Of a stretch of 64,000 nt of DNA, positions 12,801-24,485 are shown piece after piece. The notes beneath the pieces are model-generated. The model was not told the origin of the DNA and did not search any database. It saw nothing but the letters and a program-made list of their open reading frames with translations. The position numbers and the translations under genes were made by a program. Numbering within the stretch: position 1 is the stretch's first letter; every line of letters begins with the position of its first letter. Source of the stretch: Nitrospirales bacterium (GTDB taxonomy: Bacteria > Nitrospirota > Nitrospiria > Nitrospirales > UBA8639); NCBI GenBank assembly GCA_965203295.1, contig CBDBCZ010000017.1, positions 608,001-672,000 of the forward strand, written 5' to 3'.

Positions 12801-14936
12801 ACTTCGAAATAAATATCATACTGATCATCGTTCGAACGTGGATTCACACATGCTCCCCACTGTACTACACTGCCTCTACAGGTGAAGGTGTATTCTGGTA
12901 TAATGGCTTGGATTGAATTATCAAGCCTTGGGGCCCCATCTCGATCACCAAATAGAGGTGCTCTCAATAAACATTGTGAATTGTCTAAAGAAAACAAACC
13001 AATAGGCAGATAAATAATTGTTAGCACCCAGCAGATCGTAAATTATTTTCACTCTCAATAGAACCACTAGTTCATACATAATAATGTATTTGATTCTCTA
13101 GTAGGTACTATAAGGGCCAGTCGGTAGCAAATGCAACCTGGGTAATTCACTTATTGTTGATTTCTGCTTACCAACCACGGCTGTTATTACAGGAGCACCA
13201 CTAGTAGAACGTGTGTTTAGATCTCCAGTGATTCCAATGCAAAGAGAGCTGTCCTCTAAATCACTCTGAGTTGGATTTGGAAGTGTACGGTACCACACAT
13301 CAAGGTCTACATCAGTGTCCACTTCAATACCACCTCTATCGTCATTATGATCAGAGTAAAACCCCATAACATCTCCTGGCTCCACCATGATACGCTGATC
13401 CTCTGGCACATCATATACTATGCAGCCTCGCGGAACATCTGGATCTCCATCAGCAACAAAGTTGGAACCTACGATGGAGTAGCACCCATCAACTCCATTC
13501 GACCTCCACACTTGAAAGTAAATGTCATATCTTTCAGACCCTCCCCGTGGCTGGACACATGCACCCCACTGGACCACTGGACCACTGCAAGTGAAGGTGT
13601 ATGTCGGCAGAATTGCTTGAATTTTGTCTGGTAGTTCACTGTTCGGGTCTCGGTCACCAAACAGAGGTAGGCCTTGAGGGCACTGGGAATTTGCTGCATG
13701 AAACATAAAGATATTAATAGTACCCTTTTTAGTAGACCTCAACATTCACCAGGAAATGAATAATATAGGAGGGTGTCCAAATACAGCACAACCGGGACAG
13801 ATTCATAGTCTGGCCTTTCCATATTAATAATACTGATATGATAATGACATTTATATACCTACAGTAGCTCGTATAAGGAATTCTTGCTGACGGTAGCTGA
13901 TTTGATAATTGCGAGTACACATCTTTACGGTATTCACAGTAAGAAAGGATTTGGACGAGTTGTTTGTTGTTTGAGGTTTTAAAATGTTCACAGCTGAGAG
14001 CCAATTTCAAGCTGGTGTGACACTGTGTATATTGAGGGAGCTCATGAAGAACACATTAGCAATGAGCAGATTAACTCATCGCAAATGCGTTCCCACATTC
14101 TTGGTCATGTACATGTAGTGCCTCAAGAATGTGGAAAATACAGAAGTCACTCCTCTGCAATAGTGGTATTAACCAAGACAAACACACCAACTTGGCTCTA
14201 GCTTCACTGTGTTCAATCATTTCTAACTCAAACAACAACGCACTGGTCCATATAGTGGTATACCATGTTTAATAATTGGCTATAAGTTCACATGTGCACA
14301 TGATGGCAGCTATTTAGTAAGGAACACTCCATTTAGTAAGGAACACTCCATTTTTTTACTACTGCGAAGGAGCGTAACAATTCTCGGGTGCTCAAAACAT
14401 TTCCATTTCAAAGAGAAATACAAAGGAGCTGATGTTTGTGCTGGTATGCCACGGCGGTGAGCTCTGCATGCTTCAAGCAGATCTGCACCGTCAGCTATTC
14501 TGGTTTCACCCCGAATCTCAACAGAATATTACAAAAGCCATTAAATATTGTTCAAGTGGGTATCTCCTGATGAGAGTAGCTCCCACAGGAGGGAGCTGGG
14601 TCTGGGGAGTGGTGCACAACACACCACTTCCACTTTTTGAAATTCTAGATCTTCTCCCCCAAACAGTTTTTTTTTCTAGAACGAAACCCATCATCAGCTT
14701 GTTTGCAGTATCCTCCATGAGTGAGCTCTACTTCGATGATAGGTTGGTGTGTACTGCTATTAATCTTTATTATCTGAAGGGGGAGGGTCTTCCCGCGAAA
14801 ATTATATTACGCACAGCTTGTTACTAAGACTGAGCGGGCGATACAACTCACCTTTGGCCACCAGTAAAAGTAGCGCAGCTGCCAATACAGCGACCAGCAT
14901 TTCAAGCGTCTTTCTTCCCAGCAATAGGCAGGCCAT
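6898..14936 (-). CDS. Receptor tyrosine kinase RTK-2: signal peptide - A - B - 6x Sushi/CCP - TM - Tyr kinase; appears intact
   Basis: Exons 14936-14852 (SP), 13693-13172 (A), 12984-12424 (B, 7 aa longer with acidic loop RDIDDDDDS), Sushi 12234-12064, 11991-11818, 11658-11485, 11330-11157, 11004-10831, 10677-10504, TM 10277-10053, then 11 juxtamembrane/kinase exons homologous to RTK-1 with [23 protein letters not shown]; ends [23 protein letters not shown] at 6898. Confidence 0.93.
7288..7524. mobile_element. MITE-like insertion in the last intron of RTK-2
   Basis: Inverted termini TGTAGCAGTCC / GGACTGCCACA; absent from the homologous introns of RTK-1 and RTK-3. Confidence 0.55.
10504..11991 (-). 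repeat. Tandem ~327-333 bp exon+intron repeat carrying five near-identical 174-nt Sushi exons
   Basis: Intron (CTGCAAAATAATAGAAAGCAAAAGTTTGGATAG...) repeated almost identically four times between exons [10 protein letters not shown]...WSDSDPEC. Confidence 0.95.
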
Positions 14937-15039
14937 GACTTCGGGATTACCAGCTACTAGAGACAGAAGATCTCCCTCCCGTTCACTTGGCAGTGAATTT
15001 ATTATATTCATAGCGGAAGCGTATTAATAATTTTCCATC

Positions 15040-15066
15040 GGGGGGCGCGCGCGAAGGGCCACGTGA
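15040..15066 (-). promoter_or_regulatory. Conserved promoter module of RTK-2 (GCGCGC + CACGTG)
   Basis: GGGGGCGCGCGCGAAGGGCCACGTG, ~125 bp upstream of ATG 14936. Confidence 0.55.
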
Positions 15067-15215
15067 TATAGCAGCTATGTGCTATCAAAAACAAACAAAG
15101 TTTGTAGCCATCCCATATGCTTGCACATTACTAGATCTATTACGTATGTGCCTACATAGCGCCATGATAGGCATTATCTGAGAGCTACACGGAATATCTG
15201 TGTCTGAAAAAATAA

Positions 15216-15592
15216 GGGGGCGTTCACAAACAGCTTTGGGTCACGCTTAACGTCAATACAACGTTAGTGAGCCAGTATTGCATGACCGCCTGGCCTGGAG
15301 ATAGAGAGACAGGAATACTGTGTGGGAAATGCAACAATTGCGAGCAAGAGAAGTGCATATCACCAAGTCACATGTATGTAATCAATGATGACGAGCTCAT
15401 TTGTCATTACTACATTAGCATTACTGCATGCAATTTTAGCTGTTTCATGTAATTATACATGCTTTATGCTTTTGTGCTTCTATGACAGTGTTTTAGTAAA
15501 ACGTCAGGTGTCGCTAAGAGAGGGGGAGTGGGGGATTGCTTTAATGTCATATTGACATTAAGCGTGACCCAAAGCTGTTTGTGAACGCCCCC
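15216..15592. mobile_element. PIF/Harbinger-like MITE upstream of RTK-2
   Basis: ~40 bp TIRs GGGGGCGTTCACAAACAGCTTTGGGTCACGCTTAA; TAA target duplication at 15213-15 and 15593-95; empty site (AAATAACAGTGT) at the paralogous position ~23180. Confidence 0.85.
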
Positions 15593-15645
15593 TAACAGTG
15601 TAAGCAGCTTCAATGATAGTCACCCATGGTTCCTGGTCACATGGA

Positions 15646-15803
15646 TGTTAACCGTCCACTTGAATCCTTACTATAGCTACCCACTAATCTTAACTAGCTA
15701 TTAAGCCTATATTGCTATAACAACCGTTAACCGTCCACTTGAATCCTTACTATAGCTACCCACTAATCTTAACTAGCTATTAAGCCTATATTGCTATAAC
15801 AAC
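15646..15803. repeat. Direct tandem duplication of ~79 bp
   Basis: GTTAACCGTCCACTTGAATCC...TATAACAAC occurs twice in succession. Confidence 0.85.
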
Positions 15804-15866
15804 TGTTCATTTCTTGTACATGTACATACATGAAATTGTAGTAGTAAACCATTAATAAACATCAGC

Positions 15867-18800
15867 TCATGCATAAGTTTTCTGCAGCTCGGGGTAGAGG
15901 TCCACACCAGCCTCCAGAGGAGCCCCCAGCACTGCAGCCTGGGGGTGGACTGCTGTGTCCTCCGCTGACCAGCACAGCAGATCAGTCTCGGGCTCTGAGA
16001 GGGCCTCTAGCACCTCCGTGAAGGATGGCCGGGAGGATGTGTCTGGATGCCTGGGAGAGATATACCAGCTATATCATGTTGACTTCTTACTACTAGACAT
16101 ATGCACAGCGAGTGGTGCCCATTATTCTGGACACCTTTGGGACTTCAAGTATATTAAGTCTCGTGTTTAGAGGGGTTTCCTAATTTCAGGGGTAAGTTTA
16201 TTCTAAGAGTTTGTGGCTTTACAAATGTCCTTAGTATAAACGTAGCTAGAGGTGTTTGATTGTAGGTTTAAGGACATACCAACAGTGGATCATCATCTGG
16301 TAAACTTTCCTTGGACAACCAGGAGGTGGAGGTAGGCGAAATCCAGAGTCCACTAGCTTTAGAGCCTATTATCAAGATGAAAGCATATACCTCAAAAGTG
16401 TGCAGTGGAATAATTATAATTATGAAAAACCCAAACTCTACTATGGTGCTGAAGATCTATTCAAAGCCTAACTGTTTTGATAAATTGAAGTTTAACCTGC
16501 ATGGATTCAACCAGGTTAACGAACCAACGTCCGGGCACACCTACCAGCTGCCCGCCAAAATCATGTTGGCGCATGCACATAAGTATAGGTAGCATACAGT
16601 GGCGACAGGCTGGCTAGCTCACTTGCTCTTGGTGACCCTCCCACCCACGCGAGCATTACGTTTTCTACGCCACCCATTCGGGGTGCGATACGTCCGGGTG
16701 GGGGCAGAGCCTGGTTTCGAGGCTCCACCCTGATGAGCTAATTCCCCTCAAGCTCCTCAGCATTACTCATACATTGGGCCAGCCCCTTCTAGCTAATTAA
16801 TAGATGTGCCTAGTAGTCTAAGAGTGATACATTATATCCTGGCCCATGAGCGTAGCATTTACTTTGTTCAAGCTGCACTACTGGGGCATTACAGATCACA
16901 AACATTGACTACAATAGTCTGGCCCCTGAGTATACGAATTAATATCCAGTAAGGTGTTGTTTGTCCCTACTAAGCATTCAGACAGAAGGAATAATAATAG
17001 CTGGGAATTGGTGCCATCGTGTGTTGCCGCAACTCGACTGTCTCCTACAATCATAATACAGTTCCTCCACGCTATATGTACTCACATCTTATGACCACTA
17101 CCCACAAGATATGTCACATGCGTGTCTCACTTCTTGGTTCGAGTAGATTTGGAATGGTTTGCATCCAACACTCCATATCTCATACATCAGAGCCCCATAA
17201 CTCCATACATCACTGGCAGTACTATATTTCTTGAAATTTAGTGCCTGAGAAATGAACCAAAACCAATAATTATTCTTTAACATGTTAACTCTTTGCCAGC
17301 CAAGGGCATATTTATCTGCCTTCTATAAAATAGAAAAAAGCATGTACTTTACCCGATTTTATATTAACGCCTAATATAAAAAATAAATATAATTTCACAC
17401 AGAGCTATATTGGGGGGAAAACTTTGGCTGGTATAGAGTTAATTAAAGACTCTCACATGTAAAGAAAAAATAACATTACCTCAGGGGCAGTCCATTTTAC
17501 TGGGATTTTCCCTCCTTGAGAAATGTAATAGTTTTCATTCTCGAGGTCCCTTGACATTCCAAAATCACTGATCTGTACGTGTTTTAAAATAAACTAACTT
17601 ATTAATGGCTTAGGTCATAATTAATCGTAACTTCACCTTGCATGTTCTATCAGCTGCAACTAGAATGTTCCTAGCTGCCAGGTCTCGGTGCACAAAGGCT
17701 TTTTGCGACAAGTACTCCATCCCTGAAGCAACTTCCTGACAGAACTGCAGCAGCATATGTGGAGTATCTGAAGGCAGTAGTTCCCCAGGCCTGCCAAGGA
17801 ATACCCATATAACTATGACCTGAAGTCAATAGTCTGTGCAGTATAGTATAGTGAATGTGTTAGTCTCCTGTTGGTCGCGGATTGTATGCAATGAATGTTG
17901 AAATAACGTAGGATTCAATTACAGATCACTGATAGCTGAGAATACAGGATTTAGTAATTTAGAACTTTTGGATTTTAATCAATCGATTTAATTCCAAAAC
18001 TCCTGGATTTAAATCAATCAATTTAATCGGAATTAAATCGATCGATTTAAATCTAAGACTTCCAGGATTAAGTCGATCAATTTAAATCCAAAATAAATAT
18101 TGATCGATTTAAATCCAAAACTTTGATATATAAGGGAAATGCTCCAAGAATCTGGCATGAGAGCCATGTATAGTGAGACTTACGCCGGCTGCCGTCTAAT
18201 GAGGTACCTCCGTAGGTTACCATCGGACAAGAGTTCCAATACAATCATCACCTATGGAAAAAATGCAGTCAGTTCAGTCATGAGTCTATCAATAGCTTTA
18301 TAATATTATGTAAGGTGATTATTATGGTAGCAGTCTGTTAAATAACTTGCTGAATAACTCACGGGCTCTCCAACTGTCACTACTCCAAGGAGCTTCACGA
18401 TGTTGGGGTGCTGAAACTGCCCGTTGATGGCAGCTTCTTGGAGGAATCTGACCTCATCACCTTGAGATACTCCAGCTTTCAACGTCTTCACCGCAATTTC
18501 AACAGCTCCTGTTTCCGTCTGCCAAATGCCTTTTGCCACACTTCCAAATTGACCAGATCCTATATCCTCAGTTATCCTTTGGTAATCAGAATGATTGGTA
18601 CAAACATTAACACTTCAGAAAGAGTGTCCACATTGGGAACTCCTGTTTAAGACCACACACTGTTAAATTGACTTACTGTATAAGTTTCCGGGGTATTTCT
18701 CGGTATTTATTTACAGACAACTGGTCAAAAAGTTTGTTTGGATCAGATGATGGCTTCCAGTAGATGTCACTCACTTCAAAGAATGATTCTTGAGGATTTT

Positions 18801-21800
18801 GAACCTGAGACACATGTAGAATACAATGGTAGACATCACTGTAACAATAATAAAGAATCTGTCATAGGAATTCACAACCAATACCTCTCTAAAAGCTGCA
18901 TATATATTTTCATACGGTGTTTTACTGGATGTAACTGCTCTCCGTTGCTCCTGCAGTATAATATAAAGTATATTCCAACCATTATCGCTATACAGTAACT
19001 GTATATATACCTGAGTAGGCACGTAAATGCTCCAATCAAAGTGTCCCTGCAGTAGTGGAAGAGTTAATTAATTAATTAATAAATTAATACAGGTATAAGA
19101 TTCAAAACACATATTTATTGTTTGTTGAGTTACATTTGCTTCCAACAAGGTTCCTTGTCCTCTTTGTATTCCTGATACACTAGACATTGTGCGATAAATA
19201 TCAATTCTCTCTGGATCTTCATAGATGTCTTCCAGCCTATGATGGTCTGGATCTTCATACACCGTTTCCCCTGTCTCAGTCAGAGACGGATATCTGGGCT
19301 GTGTCAGCATACCTAGGAAAAGTTTATAAGAGTGAAGTATCTCCTGTTAATTTATTACATTTTGTCACAAAGTTTCATCTTAATATGTGTACGGTATAAC
19401 TTGTTTTATGAATGATGCAATTATAGTCAGAGATGGATACTTGGGCTGTGTCAGCATACCTAATTGTAAGAGTGAAGTATCGCCTGTCGATTTAACTCTT
19501 GTCACAAAGTTTTATAACGTGTATAATTTGCTTTATGGTTATGGTTAGAGCAATTATTATAGTTTTTATGATATTATGAGCTCACCAGAATACAAAGGAT
19601 TTTCTATCTCAAGGCTGCATAGTTGTGTGTTTGTCCTTTCCTTGGACTCTACTCTGGAATGCAGCGTAAATGAACCTTTTCTTCTGATGTAGAAAATGAC
19701 CAAAGCAACTATAACAGCCAGAGCTACTACAACCAACACTCCTGCCACAAGTCCACCAATGAATCCATCCTCCGATTGTGGTTGCTCCTGAGACGAAAGC
19801 AATTCTATTGGTTGGAAGAAAATGATAGGGTTTTTCTGAATGTGCCCAATATGGCTAGTCAGTTTACAACAGGGAGAAAGATAACCATTAACACAAACTG
19901 CAATAATTGATTGTGCATGTACACAAGCAATGAACAAGCAATGGAAACAAATTAGAATATAGATGTGATTTAAAATAATGAATAAGTGTAAGCAAAATAC
20001 TGCTCCTTTTTAAATTTGAAAGTAAACAAACTACTGCAACTTACTTACCACATTCTAGCGACTCACCCGGTACCCGACCAGCAACTTACCACATTCTGGG
20101 GCACTACCACTCCACATTCCATCTGCTTGACAAGTTCGCACAGCATCTCCTGAAAGATTGCTTCGATCACTGCAGGAGTATTGTGCCATTGAGCCGAACG
20201 TAGTCATAGTCAGAAACACACTGCCATTTGCAGGATTTGTTAGCCTGCCACAGTCTGCAGCTGTATGTATCGCAATAGAGATGTGCATAATGATAGTCAA
20301 AGAAATTCATCAAGGTGGTTGTCAATGAGTGATCAACACTTAGTTTATGCTTGTGTACATCTTCTGATTCAGTTATTTATCACACATCAGTAAATACGCT
20401 CCTAGATTCAGCTAAAACCTTGAGACTGTACTACAGGTCACGCTAGAGTACTAAAATTCTTACCAATTACTGCTGTTATTACGGGAGCATCACCAGTACG
20501 TAGAGTGGGTAGATCATTACCATTCCCAACACAAAGAGGATTGACTTCCAATTCACTCTGACTTGGATTCGAAAGACTGCGGTACCACACTTCAAGGTTT
20601 GCAAACTGTGCTCCTTCATCCAGTTCCACCCCTCCAGTGCCACCGTCGTGGTCAGTGTAGAACCCCACAACATCTCCAGGCTCCACTATGACTTGCTCAT
20701 TCTCTGGTACATCGATTACAATGCATGAACGAACATTATGAACAGTTGCTGCAACTCCATCATTCACAAAGTTTGAACCAACTAGAGAGTAACAACCACC
20801 AGTGCCGATTGGTCTCCACACTTCAAAATAGATATCATATTGATCATTGTTCGCTCGTGGATTCACACATGCTCCCCACTGTACTACACTGCCTCTACAG
20901 GTGAAGGTGTATTCTGGTATAATGGCTTGGATTGAATTAGGAAGTCTTGGGACCCCATCTCGATCACCAAATAGAGGTGCTCTCAATAGACACTGTGAAT
21001 TGTCTAAAAAAAGGCAATAGACAAAAAAATAATTCTAACACCCAAAATTCAACCCCATTCTCATTATAACCACTAGTTTATACTTAAAAATGAATTTAGT
21101 GAATCTGTAGAAGTTATTACAGTAGCCAGTTAGTAGCAAATGTGGAATAAGCACTTGGTAATGCACTATTGCTCATTAATCCTTACCAACCACAGCTGTT
21201 ATTACAGGAGCACCACTAGTAGAAAGTGTGTTTAGATCTCCAGTGGCTCCAATGCAAAGAGAGCTGTCCTCTAAATCACTCTGAGTTGGATTTGGAAGTG
21301 TACGGTACCACACATCAAGGTCTACATCAGTGTCCACTTCAATACCACCTCTATCCCGATTATGATCAGAGTAAAACCCCATAACATCTCCTGGCTCCAC
21401 CATGATACGCTGATCCTCCGGCACATCATATACTATGCAGCCTCGAGGAACATCTGGATCTCCATCAGCAACAAAGTTGGAACCTACAATGGAGTAGCAC
21501 CCATCAATTCCATTTGACCTCCACACTTGAAAGTAAATGTCATATCTTTCAGAGCCTCCCCGTGGCTGGACACATGCACCCCACTGAACCACTGGACCAC
21601 TGCAAGTGAAGGTGTATGTCGGCAGAATTGCTTGAATTTTGTCTGGTAGTTCACTGTTCGGGTCTCGGTCACCAAACAGAGGTAGGCCTTGAGGGCACTG
21701 GGAATTTGCTGCATGGAAAGTAAACAACTATATTCATTTTTAGTAGGCACCAATTAACATTCACCAGGAAATGAATACTAGGAAGGTGCCCAAATACAAC

Positions 21801-22932
21801 ACAACCAAGACAGATTCATGGCCTGGCCTTTCCATATTTTAATATGATAACAACATTTATATACCTAATATAGTTGGTATAAGGAATAGCACGTGTATTC
21901 TTGCTAACGGTCTTTACGGTATTCACAGTAAAAAGGGAGTTGGACCAGTTGGTTGTTGTTTGAGTTTCTAAAATGAGTGAGCACAGCTGAGAGCCAATCT
22001 CAAGTTGGTGTGTGTATCTTGAGGGAGCTCACGAAGAATGAGGAAACACATTAGCAATGAGCTTAACTCATCGCAAATGCGTTCCCACATTCTTGGTCAC
22101 GTAGTGCCTCAAGAATGTGGAAAATGCAGAAGTCACTCCTCTGCATTGGTAGTATATACATTATAAACCAAGAATGTGAAAATACACTAGTGATGCATTG
22201 CTAATGTATTTTGCACATTCTTAATAACTCCCTAAAGACAAACACACCAACTTGGCTCTAGCTTCGCTGTGTTCACTCATCTGTAACTCAGATAACAACT
22301 GCCATGTTTAATATTTGCATATCATTTAGCTATAAGTTCACAAGCCTACAGTAACAGCTAATTAGTAAGGAACACTCTAGTTTCACACTATTCCGAAGGG
22401 GTTTCACGATTCTCGGGTGCTCAAAAGATTTACTTTTCAAAGAGAAATAAAAGGAGCCGATGTTCGGGTATGGCTGTGATCTCTGCTACAAGCAGAATCT
22501 TCACCGTCAACTAATCTGGATTCACCACGAATCTCAACAGCATATCACAAAAGCCATTACATATTGTTTAAGTGGGGAACTCCTGAGGTCTAGAGCTGCT
22601 TCTACAGGAGGGGGTTGGGTCTGGGGATATACCACTTCCACTTTGAAATCATTCTAGATCTTCTCCCCCAAACAATTTTTTTTTCTAGAACGAAACCCAT
22701 CATCAGCTTGTTTGCAGTATCCTCCATGTGCGAGCTCTACTTCGATGATAGGTTGGTGTGTACTGCTATTATTCATATTATACATCTGAAGGGGGAGGGT
22801 CTTCCCGTGAAATACTACGCACAGCTTGTTACTAAGATACAACTCACCTTTGGCCACCAGTAAAAGTAGCGCAGCTACCAATACAGCGACCAGCAACTCA
22901 AACGCCTTTCTTCCCAGCAATAGGCAGGCCAT
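15867..22932 (-). CDS. Receptor tyrosine kinase RTK-3: signal peptide - A - B - 1x Sushi - TM - Tyr kinase; appears intact
   Basis: Exons 22932-22848 (SP), 21708-21187 (A), 21003-20464 (B), 20260-20090 (Sushi), 19804-19586 (TM), then juxtamembrane/kinase exons with all catalytic motifs; ends ELQKTYA-TGA at 15867. Confidence 0.92.
17285..17442. mobile_element. TTAA-flanked piggyBac-like MITE in an RTK-3 intron
   Basis: TTAA-CTCTTTGCCAGCCAA ... TTGGCTGGTATAGAG-TTAA; the RTK-2 homologous intron (~8215-8230) has a single TTAA at this site. Confidence 0.8.
17960..18125. repeat. AT-rich, internally palindromic repeat patch (ATCGATTTAAATCC units) specific to RTK-3
   Basis: Multiple direct and inverted copies of TCGATTTAAATCC; absent in the RTK-2 intron. 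Confidence 0.55.
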
Positions 22933-23024
22933 GACTTCGGGATTACCAGCTACAGAGACAGAAGATCTCCCTCCCGTTCACTTGGCAGTGAATTCATAGC
23001 GGAAGCGTGTTAATAATTTTCCGT

Positions 23025-23052
23025 CGGGGCGCGCGCAAGAAGGGTCACGTGG
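23025..23052 (-). promoter_or_regulatory. Conserved promoter module of RTK-3
   Basis: GGGGCGCGCGCAAGAAGGGTCACGTG, CACGTG at 23046-23051. Confidence 0.55.
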
Positions 23053-23894
23053 TATAGCAGCCGTTTGCATGCACTTAGACAAAGTTTGTAGCCATCCGAT
23101 ATGCATGCATGTAGATCTATTACGTATGTGCCTACATATATAGTGCCATGATAGGCATTATCTGAGATCAGATAATAAATAACAGTGTGACTCGTGGTTC
23201 CTGGTCATATTGATGTTAACCATTCACTTGAATCCTTGCATCGATCCTATAGTTACCCACTAATTATTAGATTAGAGTTACATGGGTACACTGACTGCTT
23301 GGTATCATTTCTAATACTTTTTTAACTAATTGCACATACAAATATAAAGGTGAGCATGCACACCCTGACTATTAACTGCTTAACTACCCTTCATCACTTC
23401 ATTGACTTTCAGTCTCAATCTAAAGTTTGTCATCTTTTGGGTATACATGCACAGGCTAGCTAAGTGTGTATATTCTTGCTAGTTAATTCTTATCCTCACC
23501 TTTCTGGAGCATGAGAGAAAGCAGTGCGACAATCAGAGGAACAACCGCAAACTTCATCCTTCCCCACACAAGACTCAACTGATAGTTTGCGCAAAACTGC
23601 CAAAATACAGTTCAACTAAAGTATATGTTCAGCTATTATAACCACCAAAGTATGTTTTAATAATTATTGGATTCCATTCCTTATTAAGCTATCTAATCAC
23701 TTTTATCCAATATTTGACAAACTATGCTGGGTATGGGTTAAATAGATAGATTTAATTTCAACCAGGAATTGTCCCATCAGCCAAGAGGCTGGTCTTCCTG
23801 GGAGACCTGGATACATATAGTTAGACATACCATGATGAGTATCCATGCATACAGAAAGCACATGCATGCACAGTGCTGTTGCACGTTCATGTTA

Positions 23895-24052
23895 GTAGGT
23901 TCAATGCAAAGTGAGCTGCCCTCTAAATCACTCAATGTTGGATTTAGAGAGCATAGAGAACATCTATCCACATAGTCATAGTCAATAGTTCTGCCAACAT
24001 AGTCCTCGTCAACTGTCAAATAATGGTGGTCCTGTGTGTCTTCATCAACTGT
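23895..24052 (-). pseudogene. Orphan chimeric fragment: copy of a kinase-less tail end fused in frame to a domain-A-type C-terminal piece
   Basis: VDEDTQDHHYLTVDEDYVGRTIDYDYVDRCS (copy of 24490-24585) followed by LNPTLSDLEGSSLCIE (cf. domain [16 protein letters not shown]). Confidence 0.75.
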
Positions 24053-24485
24053 TTGATATGATGTACAAAATTGTGAGTCTTTCTTCTATAGTAAGGTGTA
24101 ACTCCAGTGTACGTACTCAGCCCATCTACAACCCAGCTAATCACTAAGTGATCAAAACGAATACACATTTTTTTTGTAGTATACCGGTATAGGCTAAAGA
24201 TCAAACAGGACTATATTTGCCACCATGTACATAGGTTTCAGATCATGCATGAATCAGTCTTGTCTTCAACTTCACATTATAGGTGGGTTGTAAGGAATGA
24301 AATACTATGATGCCTGCATACCTATGGGCTATATATATAGATGTACACAGCCTATGTTAGCAGTACATCATGAAATCAAACAAAACATTTGAAGATGTTT
24401 TTATTGATATAAAGGATATTTTTAATGTACACACAATCATTGATGCAAGCATCAATAATATTATTGTAGGTCCTCATTTACTGCA

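Noticed and set aside
14937..15011. Upstream in-frame ATG extending RTK-2
   Set aside because: Not conserved in paralogs; the MACLLL start gives a typical signal peptide in all five genes
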